64,000 nucleotides of DNA from Enoplolaimus lenunculus (Eukaryota), in assembly GCA_030248215.1 (NCBI GenBank), contig JASANG010000753.1:558001-622000 (forward strand), in the 5' to 3' direction. The position numbers and the translations under genes were made by a program. How positions within the stretch are numbered: position 1 is the first letter of the stretch; each line of letters opens with the position of its first letter. Under the pieces are notes generated by a model. The model was given only the letters and a program-made list of their open reading frames with translations, did no database searches and was not told the DNA's origin. Positions 27,601 to 39,600 of the stretch are shown one piece after another.

Positions 27601-30600
27601 ATAACAGCAGTAGTTTTACTTAATTACATTATTTCAGCAAAGAGTTACTCAATATTTACGGCGCGTATAGTTACAATAAAATAGAACTATAAATTTTAAG
27701 AACAGCGATTTTACAGAATATTTCGTGAAAGTTGTATAGCTGCGAGTTCTCGCGGCAAAAACTTGCACGTGTGAATAGGGTTTTATGCACCATTACGAGC
27801 TTTTCTGATATTAGGTCATTTAACCTCTTATACATTATATATCTGATCTGTAACATCAAAATTTAATCCGTTATTTTACATTAAACTATTTTAAAACTGG
27901 TTTATTTTACCTTGAAGTTAAAATTTTCGGCAAGTTAACATCGTTGCGCGCAGTTCTCGGATTACCGTTTTCATCCCGAAAAAACGCAAGTAGATTGATC
28001 GAAAATCCCTGAAATTAATAATTCAAAAATTTTCCATAAATGGTTTCTTAAACTTTACCTTAAAACCCATGTTCTCAAACGCATATAGCAGTTAGCGGTA
28101 GATTTTCAAACTGCTTACGCAGTAGTGGCGTATATCAAATTCGCTAAATGTAATTAATTTCGACGCTTACCATTCGCTGGCTCGAAGGATACAACACCTA
28201 TTAGCAACTGGTGACAGGTGCTACACACATTTGAAAATACGTGTATAGAAGTTCAATTAATTTCAAGCCAAGCTATTTTCGTGCTGTTTTATTCTAAATT
28301 ATTCTACTAATACCATAGACACATATAGAGTTCTGGCGTCGGTTCCGTCATATTCGTCGTTGCTAAATAATTTTTTTCAAAGACAATTATACCGCCTATT
28401 TCAGCTAAGCTCAGACATTAATGATGCTATCAAAACTGTAGCCACCAAATATCCGGATATTAAGATAATTATCCTCAGCAATTATTTGATATCCGGATAT
28501 GACAACTATTTCATGCCTATCACTAATCAGAACATTAAGTTCAGTCTACTCTATGCGATAAAGGGTTTGAATGAATGCAAATCTATATTGTAATGCAGCA
28601 TCCACAATATAGTGTCAATTTACAGTTTTACACTGAAGTTTAAAATTATTAACTAAGTGGAAATTCAAAATTGAACTTTTAAATTTTAAGTTCAATTTCC
28701 AGACCAGTTTGAATTTTCGGTCAATATAAAGAACAGGGGCGGAACAGTAAGCAGCATATTCCTAAGCCTCAATCTAAGCTTAAAGCCTAAGCCTAAGCGA
28801 ACGAATGAGCATATTTCTAACCTAAGTCTAAGCCAAACAAAAAATGATATCTAAAACTTGAGCTTACTCTATTGCAGTCCCACAGAAAACCGTTCCGCCT
28901 CTGATCTTTACATGGGCCGAATTTTCCAATTTCTAAATTGTACATGTCAATTTCCTTTTAGCATTTATTAACTAAATCTGTTCGGGAAATTGAAATATTT
29001 TATTTCTACAGCGTGCCGACTATATGATGACCGCTGCATAACGTCGACATGAAGCTGACAGCGCTTACCAATGAATGCAAAATCTCATGCTTAATTGTTG
29101 AAAGCATAAAGTCTCGATCTCGTTTGGTGTCCGTAGCCACACGGGGGCATATGTTCATGTGGCCAGCTATGGGCCTGAAATTTCAAACAGCGATCTTGTA
29201 AGCAGTTCCTTTTCGAAAAAGAGCATTGTACCAGTGAACAAGCCCATCTCAACAGCCTACCCACAGGAAGCCACGAGGTCCGGGCGACTGGATGCTGGAA
29301 AATTTAAATTTAGGCTTGGGTTTAGGACTAAGCTAACGTTTAGGCGCTGTCTTACGCTTTAGCTTAGGCTAAAGATTAGGCTTTTGTTTAGAATTTGCCT
29401 CGGTGGAACACTTAGGCGTTTGTTTAAAAAACGGATGTAGTTGTACATTGGCCAGTAAGCAGATAGCAGAAATAGCGGAACCGGATAGTGATCAAACTAA
29501 CGGAACCACGTATCCGGTCGATAAAAGATAAACGGTTTTAATGGTCAATCTGCCGAAAAAATATTCATCTGTACTGTAAATTTCAATGAGTTGATTAATC
29601 AATTCAGCTAGCGGGTTAGTAATTTTAGAATTAATATCATGTGAGCATTAACTCACTCTGAGTTGAGCTGATTCTTACTCTGAGTTGAGTTGACTCTGGG
29701 TGAGTTGATTAGTGAAATCAGAATGAATGGAATCGACACGAAATCCTGAGTTCTGATAGTCCTCCTAATTCAGACTGAGTGATTCAACTCATTCTGAGTT
29801 AAAATCAATTCACTAAAATTAATACAATGTGTACGTTAGAGGTACAGAAATTGAGAATCATGAAAAATTCGTCAAACTACTATTCCCAGCATGGGGTGGC
29901 TTATTTCGCCCTACCCCTCATCCATTTAGGGTCCGATACCCCAGTAATACATCTATGTGTCAATTAATTTCAACAATTGTATACACACTGAATAAATTTT
30001 ATATCAGACTCAACAGACTCGGAGTACCGCAAAAATTGTCTGCATATGAAATAAAGTTTCTCAGCAAAAGTCAGCTCAGCGCATCGGGATTAATTTTTTT
30101 AGGGGTCTTTAGGGTCGCTGTGGCGAACCTTTACACCCTAGACACCGTCCAGTCCAATAAACAATCCCACACCATCGGTAGGCAATCAAGAGTCACAAAC
30201 GTTGGACAGAGAACCTAAAAACGCCTTGTGAGCGAAGGGAGCTAAAGGCAAGAGCAATATTCACTGTATTATGAACACAAAACTTAAGTTCTGGTATGGT
30301 TCTCAAGGGGTCGTTGACTCTCGCTGTATTTTTCAACGGCTGTCGACTCACACCACTGGCACAGCTGTTCCCGTGCGCCTGCATCGGTTGGGTTTTATAT
30401 TAAAACTTACCGATCAAGCTCGCGTTCAGTTTGACAATGATACGAGTACGCTACGACAAGCGAACTTGTATCTTTGCCCAACTGACACGGCTCGGTATTC
30501 CTCGCTGAAACGTAGAGAACAAAATCAGCGTCAACCCCACGTCCGTCGGACAATCCAGTTCGACCACAACTCAAATAGTCTGACGATACAGACTTGCAGA

Positions 30601-33600
30601 CGCGGCATTGCTGAAATATGATTCATGCTAACAGTATTAACGGTGTCTAGCGGTGCCTGCTAAATCTAAGCGTAAAGTCTAAATCTTAGCCTAAGCGTAA
30701 AACTAAAAAATAAGCCTAATAGTAATCGTTAGCATAAGCTTAATATCGTCTAAAGTATCTTAGTCTATCGGTCTTCCCACGGTCAAAAACTGGGCCGAGA
30801 ACAACATAATTTCAAAACTGATTCAGCGTAAAAGTTACAACGTCAAGATCAACTAAACACAGTAAGAAAGCGTTGACTGGATCTCGTTCAAACCTTTAGT
30901 AGGTTTGTATATGGAATGAATTATGCAACTTCCACAATATCACCTGTACACCATGGCAACTTTCTAGGGGTAGTGGGATGGACACTGAAGCCAAAAAAAC
31001 TTAAGCGTCCAAGCACACTAATATTCCGGACATTGAAGCCAAAAGTCTTCGTTAGCCAGCACTCAGAAGCTTTTTTGTCTTCAGTGTCCATCACACTGTC
31101 ACCTCAAAAGTTACCTGGTGTATGTATTTGTAAGTTGCATTAGTATGCATCGTTTTTGAGAATTCTCAGTTAACTAGTCTGATTGATTGCCATATTAACC
31201 AAGATCTTTCTTGCAAAAATGTCACAATGCAACTAAAAATCTTCTTATAGAATAATGTATAACCTATTAATCTACACTATATTCAATTTCGAACAAGAAA
31301 TATTTAATCATCTGTCTACTTCTTATTCTTCGGCCTTAGTTCGTTTGGTAGCGCGGTCGGCTCTTTTGGAACGAGTCCTCAATTGGTCACGATGAGACGT
31401 TCTACATACAAAATAAATTGTCTTGTATTCAAGAAATATTGTCTGAAATTTAAGACAATAGTATGTCTTGATACAGATTTCAGACATATATGTCTTGAAT
31501 TCAAAACTTTTATTTCGTAAATTTTTCTGAAATCTTGGTCTAAAAATTTTCACACTTGAATGTCTTAAATTTAAGACTTTGTTTGATGAACCATTAAGAC
31601 AAATATTTCTGAAATAAAAGACAAATATTTCTGAAACAAAACATAGATTTGTCAGGCAACCCGACTTCAAAATTGGCGGCTAAAGCTAAACCAAATAGCC
31701 TAATTTTACAACCTAAGATGCGTCCAAGACGTAAACTTAAGTTGGGCGGAGTTTGAGTTGCACCCGAAATATCTTTAAAATGCGATCATTTATATACAAG
31801 CTTAAGAATATAAACAGAGTAACTTTTTCACACGTATAAAAACAAGAAAATTACTTCTTGAATATATTAAGACAACTATTTCTTGAAAGAAAGAAATTTG
31901 TGTCTTATAAATTGGCAACTGCAATTGCTATTTCTTGAATATAAGACATTTATGTTTTAAAAATTTAAGAAACAAATTTCTGAGCTGTTTAAGACTATTA
32001 ATGTCTGAAATACAAGGCATTTATGTCTTGAAAATTTAAGTGAGTAGGAGTCTTGAAATTTTGAGACAATTTATTTTGTGTGTAGCTTTAATTATATATA
32101 TGTATATATATAAAATTTACATTTAAATGCTCTTCTGGAACAAAAACTTCACCACATTTTGTGATGCGCTTGCACTTCACTTCACAGTACCGGTTCGCAG
32201 CGTCTTGTTTTAGAACATATTCATCATATTCACATTCTCTGAAAATAACCCCAACATTCACATTTGCCGGGAATTTCTAAGTCTGTTCATTTTTAGACAC
32301 CCTAGGCTTAAAGGCTTAGATTCAAATCCCGATTAGAATACGCAAACAGAATTGACAAAGGCAACTGAAACAGAGGCGAGAGGATAAAAGACGGCAAACG
32401 TTGAGACAAAAAAGGCATTTGTACATTGCTATTCTCGCTTAGGTTTAGGCTCAGGCTTAGGCTTAATAGGCTTAGGCTTTATGTTTCAATTAATGATTGC
32501 CTAAACCTATTAAAATTTTAAACCTCTGCGTAAGGCTTAAATTAGCCTTAATCTGAACCTAAGCCTATAAATTAATTTTAAATGTCGCAGAAAATTTTGC
32601 AGAGTCCAACCAAACTTTGTATAGCATTATAATGCTGCATACTTTATTAAGATGTACAGTCAGCTGCATATTCAGTTTACAATTGACGGTTTATATAGCA
32701 CCAATATGTACTGCAATCATTGCGTATTTGCGTCCCGCCTATAGCCAGAAAAGGGGCCTGCCAGGCTCAACCCCTTATCAACTTTTACCCACGGTAGAAA
32801 ATTTTCAACCTTGCTTGTATGTCATTGAAAAGCCTTGTATGCCCCTCATTAAAAAGTTCAACTCCTTGTCAATGTGAACAGGTTACGGGCCTGGTTTGCG
32901 TTGCTCACTGGTCAGAGCAGCATCCGCAAGCGCAGCAAAATTTTCGTGAATGGCTCTATCTGGTACTTGGGTATGGGACCCATTTTTGGTTGAGTGGGTT
33001 GGTGCAGTATTGGCCGAATCATATGCCAGGCCGCCCAACACGGGTAGCAAAGAACAACAATTGTGAGAAGTTTCACAGATTTGAACTTTTTAGCTCAAAA
33101 GTAAGTTGTAAACGTTTTGGGCCGCCGCTCTCTAAAAACTTGTTATAGGTTAAGTAAACTTGAACATTAATAGTTAAAGTAAAACTCAAATGACTGGACG
33201 GACTAACCATAACTACAATTTTAAGTGTTACTTAAACTAACATATTTTTAAGTTTAATACGAGTTTAAGCAAACTTATTTTTGGCCAAGTAACAAATCCA
33301 AGCCTTCTGAAACCCTTTTAGTGAAACAATTTTTTCTATGTCGGGGTGGGGCTTCCTTGTGGGTGGAGTAAAAAACGTGCCATACGCTTTTACCTGTCTA
33401 AACGAATTCTTGAATTTGACCGGCGAACGCTGAGCAGCGATTCAAAGTATTTCACCACATCCGGCATTAGATCTTCCTAGAAATACAAAACAATTTCTAT
33501 TTTTATTTTTTAAGTTTATATAATATAGGAACTAAAATAGGCTCACAAATCTAGCGCAAATATATACATGTATTGTATTCACCCGAATAAGAGGGTGTAA

Positions 33601-36600
33601 TAAGAGCGGGGGTCCCGATTTTGAGTCCAAATCAATTGGAGTCCGTATCTCTAAGAAGAATCCGTAAGCGGACCGAGTCCTTAAACCCTCATTAGAGTCC
33701 ATAAATGTCAATTAACCCTAATTGTAGCGCATAAATGACTCCAGGACCAAGTAATTTGAGTTAGAAACTTTAAAGCGTACTTAGGTTTTGAAAGTACATT
33801 CCTAAGTAGAACCTTGTATTATCGCTCAAGCTATTGACACAAGACAAACGTTTAATTGAACTGATAACTTCAGTACCGGATATATATCAGTAACGAAGGG
33901 GGCGGAGCGTGGGTTGAAAATAAATAACAGTCCGTAACCGAATAACAAGGTGGGGTACCCTCTGGAGAGGCCAAATAAATATCAGTCCCCCCTTTCTTAT
34001 TCGGGTCACTACCGTATGTATATCGGTGTGCGACCGGATATCCGATTTCAGCTCCAAGCGCCGGCTCAGGCATTTTTTGTATCCGGCCGAACCCTAATAT
34101 GTATATAATATATACGTTTTCAGAGTTTAAACTAGCGAAGGTCAATGTTACTTTTTGGACCGCAACAGTAGATTAACCGTATTCCTAAGCCTAAGCCTAA
34201 GCAAAAAATGTAGTCTAGAATGTTATCCTACTGTTTTACAGAACCAACAGAAACCGGAACGATCCTAAAAGTAACATTGGCCCTTGCAATGCAACCCACC
34301 CGGTACAAATTGGTGTTAGGCGCTGTCAATGTTGAAGACTACTTGCAGCTTACAATTTGTTCAGACAACGTATCGCGAGACTATGGATCCGTATTGCTCG
34401 CTGTGCGTTGCCTATCGCAAATTTAGTGATTATTTTTCAAGCAACTCAACTGCCGCAGCACTGGAACTCAAATTCAGATGAGTAAACTTGGCTCGCAAAT
34501 TTCCCATAACATCTGTTACCGAACCTGGTGATAGTTGCTAGACACATTTGAAAATATGGGCAAAAAATAATAATACCAGATAAGTTCAAAGAAAACTAAA
34601 AATTATATACGCAACGCTTACTTTTATACGTGAACTAGGAATTTTTCCGAGCCTGAAACAAAAACTAGCTTAAAAATGCATATTTTTTAAATAATTCTAG
34701 ACAACAGTTATTTGTTCAAAACTCACATTAACTTACGCGAAAAATTTTCAGTTTACTATCTATAATTTTATTTTATATTTCATTGAGAAAAGCATTTAAT
34801 CGGTGCCGTCGTTGAAGAATAATATTTGGAACTGCTTGGGGAAGCTAAATTTTTCCTCAAACTTGAAAGCGGTGATAACGTTATTTTTTACTATTTGAGT
34901 ATCGACTAAAGAATGTCGCTGTAGTTGTCGTCCGTCGACGCACAGCGACGCAAATCAAAAACGTTTTGTTTAAAAATTGTAATACCATAATATGCGGCAA
35001 TTCATCTGCGTCGTCGAGCGACACCTGACGTCATTAAAATCGACAAAAGTATACCTTGATACGATACGTTTTGACTATTTTAATGAAATCTGGCGCCGTC
35101 CGGCGCCGTTCGCCGACGCACATGAATTACCGCATGCCACCGCATAATAATTTGCCAGAAAAGTATTTTAATTCGCTTCGCTGACCACGGTCAGACGACG
35201 TCGGACAGCGCCGGCTGACAAGTATTGCGCAACCGTAAGGTTTTTGCCTAAGGATACAGGGCCGCCTGATGGACCCCTACCTTGTTACAGATTCATCGTA
35301 GTGAACGTGCATTCGAAATTTTTGATAATTGGCCCGTTTGTGTCGCGTTACGTTGTTGCCGTTATTCAAATTGACACCGTGAATTATCTGCAATTCAAGT
35401 AGTGTTTTATAGCAATGAGTATAACAATTTTTAAAGAACAGGGGAGGAACAGTATTATAAGCATATTCGTAAGCCTAAGCCTAAGCCTAACGCTAAGCTT
35501 TAAGCGTAAGCCTAAGCGTAAGAATGAGCATATTATTAACCTAAGCCTAAGCCTAAGCCTAAACCAAGCAAAAATTTAGTCTGAAGCTTAAGCTTACTCT
35601 ATTCTAGTCTAACAGAAAAACTCTTCGCCCCTGATCTGTACATGGGCCCAATGAGTTTATCAATTTAGCGCATAAATCTAAGCTGGTATTCTCAAACGTG
35701 TGTAGCACCTATCACCAGTTCGTCATATAGTTCTTGTAACTTTCGAACCAGTGAATACTGAGGCTAAATATTCAGCACATTTTTTGCATATGATTTGCTG
35801 TTGTCATGTACGAATTTTTAATTAAAAAACTGCAACAGATTATAGTGAGTTAGAAAATCTGTTTGTAAACTGATGATAGTTGCTATACACATTTGAGAAT
35901 ATGGGCCCCAGTGATAGGTGCTAGAGTAGACATTTTTAGAATATAATCAACTTTAAGTATTTAGCAGACGGTTAAATAATGTGGTTCACAAATTTTGATA
36001 CCCAAATAAATGAATAAAAACGCAAAAAAATAATAAATTTTACCAATTTGTACCTTTTTTTCGTTGATTGGATAATGAACACAATGCGATACAACTGTTG
36101 CCGCAATCGAACATATCAGCAGTGCAGTAAAAATTGACCCTAAAAATATACAAAAACATTAATTTTATCACGAAATTACAGACATAAAACTGAACGCTTT
36201 CACTGTATGGAAATGAAATTATTCAAGTGCAAAAAACGTTTCATTTCGAAAACAAATCATAGAAATTGATTTGTGATTGTTTAGCGTACGTGAAAATTAT
36301 GCGCCGTCCACAATATAAAATTCGACCGGACCACAAAATGTGTCATAACTCAGGGTTAACGAGTGGTTGTTAATCCTACCGCGAACGACACTTTTCCGCT
36401 GACCCAATTTCAACACAAGACCGTTGCTTCCCGAATTGAAGCAAAAACATCAAAATGGCTTTTGCAGCATCGGTTTAAAACAAATTAACCTCAAAGAACC
36501 AGGGGGGATTGGTTTTAGTAAATTTCATGGATGCTGTGGTCCATGTAACGATCGAAGACAGGCGGTTTTTCTGCGGGCCAGCAATAGAGAAAGCTTAAAC

Positions 36601-39600
36601 TTTGGACTAATTTTTTTTGCTTAGGCTTAGGAATAAGCTCAACCTTACGGCGATGTTATTGCTTTAAGTTTATGATTCAACATGGCAGTACTTACGCCTC
36701 AACAAATTCGATATCGGTGTCAACTGTAAGCTTATTTTTGAACCCAGCTAATTACGATATATACAACATGTGTCTCAGTGTCATCAGGGTCCACACATAA
36801 CAGGAAGGTTTTATTCAAGTCAACTTTTATTTATCCCGATTCTATTATCTGATTTTATCAAAAGTTAAAAGGAAAAACTTAGACTAGAAAATGTTAACTT
36901 CAGTAGCAGGTAATCGTTTGAATTGTATTTGACAAAGGGGCCAAAGTAAAGAACAGGGACGGAACAGTATTATAAGCATGACGTAAGCCTAAGCCTATAA
37001 GTAGAAGAGTAAGAATGAGCATATTCCTAAGCCTAAGTCTAAGCCGAACGCCTAAGCCAAGCAAAAAAATAAGCTTAAGCCGAACGCCTAAGCCAAGCAA
37101 AAAAATTAGTCTAAAGCTTAAACTACTCTTTTCTATTCCCACAGAAAAACGTTCCGTTCGTGATCTTTTCATGGGCCGACAAACGTAGGGATTACATCTT
37201 AATATCACCATATCACTTTTCAATGTTCGACTTCCATCAAAAACACTGATTTCGAGATCTGTTGTAAAAATTAATATTGAAAATTTAAGTTTCTGTCAAA
37301 TTTCCTATTCGTTAAATTTAAACTTTCTTTGCATAAAACGGAAACGGTTTAGTAAAAGTTCGCGTATTCGGAAACTGCGTTTCAGAAACATGAAGGGTTT
37401 CAGAAATTGATTTTAAATTCTAATTTTAACATTCACTCATTTGGTTGCACTACTAAAAATCAAAAATCAATATTTCGAATATCCAATTTATAAAATTGTT
37501 CAATTTATGCTGACGGTTTAAGCCCCCGTAAATAGCAGGATCCAAACGTTTTGGCAGGACTGCAACATTGTAAGCTTAAGTTGTGGACTATTTTTGCTTA
37601 GGTTTAGGCTTTACGAGTAAGCTGATATATAGGCCAAAAACGCAACGCGCGCCGGGTACATTCTGTAATACACAGAATGTAACCAGTTGCACACTCTTGT
37701 TATAAAGAGCGATCATCCACTCTTGGCATTAGGAACATGATTATTTTATATTGCTGCCCGGCTCTATACATTGGTCACTTTGTATGACATTGTTCAACCC
37801 CGTCAGAGTTACCCAGAACCTTTTGGCAATTTTAATGCCGTCCTGTCTTTTCTAGCAAGAACCACTGCACTAAAAAGTATACCACTACACTTATGAGGTC
37901 AATTATTGCATATTTTTCTACAATTAACTTGTATACACTATTGCACAATTTTCAACCACGGTTTGGTACCTATACTATACATGAGTCCCTCTATACCGGA
38001 ATTTTCCTACAGGAACCGGAATACAATTGGCAAAAAAACCGGAAACATGGTCAAAAAAAGGATCACATAAAACAAGTCTTGTTTACTGTCGCCCTTGACT
38101 CACCGTTGCCCATTGAGATCAACTGGTGTACACAATACCATTAAAGTTATGCAATTTTTGCTAAAATAATATTAATATTAACAAAAACGACTGAATTATG
38201 CAAAAAAAATTTTGTCGCATCGGCAGTTTTAATATAAAAGTTACAACTCAAAAAAGCGTTAAGCAAAAATAAAAAGAAAAGTTGCAGTATATGGTGCAAT
38301 TATTGCGCAACAGCAGCAGCAACAACAACAACAACATTAACAACAAAGTAATCATATTTTAAGAAAATTATCTTAAAAACAACCAAAAATATTTTAAGAC
38401 ATTTTAAAAAATTTTCGTCGTATGATGGTGGTAATTTTTTCGGCTATCACAAGCGATTTCTGAATCTCAATCACAAGGAAAGATAGTCATTTTTTCTCAC
38501 TATTATTGCCTTTTTTCTGTTAACCAAAAATTTGCACCAAGATATAAACAAATACGTGTTTATAACGTTGCATGACAAGCATCCGAAATTTCACTCAAGC
38601 TCCAGTTTTAGTAAAAGATAGACTAAAAGACTCTCAAAGTCATACGGAAACGGGCCAAAAAGGGAGCCATGAAGGCCACCTCCCAGTCCCAATACCAAAT
38701 ACTTATTAGGTCAGAGCGAAACTATGCCTTATTGAAATTGGTCGTTTACGGTCAGCCAATTTTAAATTTTTAAGACCCAAAAATTTGATACGTTTTTCGA
38801 GCCCTCGCAAAAACTAAAATTTCTGAACAAAATACAGAGTCTTTTTAAATCTTAAAATAAGTCAAAAAAATTCAAGTTTATATAATTGAAACAATAAAAC
38901 CTTGAAACTCGGACGTGGACCGGAAATTGTGTAAATTATTTTTTCTGGTAAAAATTTACGCTAAAACTGTTTTTTAATTTAGGCGTTTAGTAAAATACAG
39001 TAAGTTTGTGGAAACACAGTTTTTCTACCCACAAAATTGCATAAATGCTTCACTTAATAAAATTAATAATAGTTGGCATTCTCAAATGTGTTCAGCACCT
39101 ATTGCCTTTTGTGTGCTATCAAGAGTGCATCATGACAAGAGTGTGCAATTCTTGAGGTTCCGCATGATATAAAATGTACCACCGGGCGTTGCGTTTTTGG
39201 CTGACACCTCCTTATTTAGAGGGACGGTTAATGTCACACTTGCAACAACCCTAAATTAAGCTATAAGCCGATCATTTCTGTTGCCGGAGACATAAGCAGT
39301 GTTATGGCTCGCACAGGTGGTACCCCATCTAAAAATAAAGGTGGGTCGGTTAAAAACGTAACGCGTGCCGGGCGCATTCTGTACCATGCAAAACCCCTTG
39401 AGTTGCATACTATTGTACCATGCGAAACCCCTTGAGTTGCATACTCTTGTATCATTTACGCTTTGGTGACATGAATAAATATTTTGTAATTTTCAACGTT
39501 ATATATATAATTTAACCGTTTCATATTTAGTGTTTTGAAAACGAGTTCGGTTCTTCAGCACTTTCTTCTGCAGTTTTAATAATCTCCAGATTTATAACTT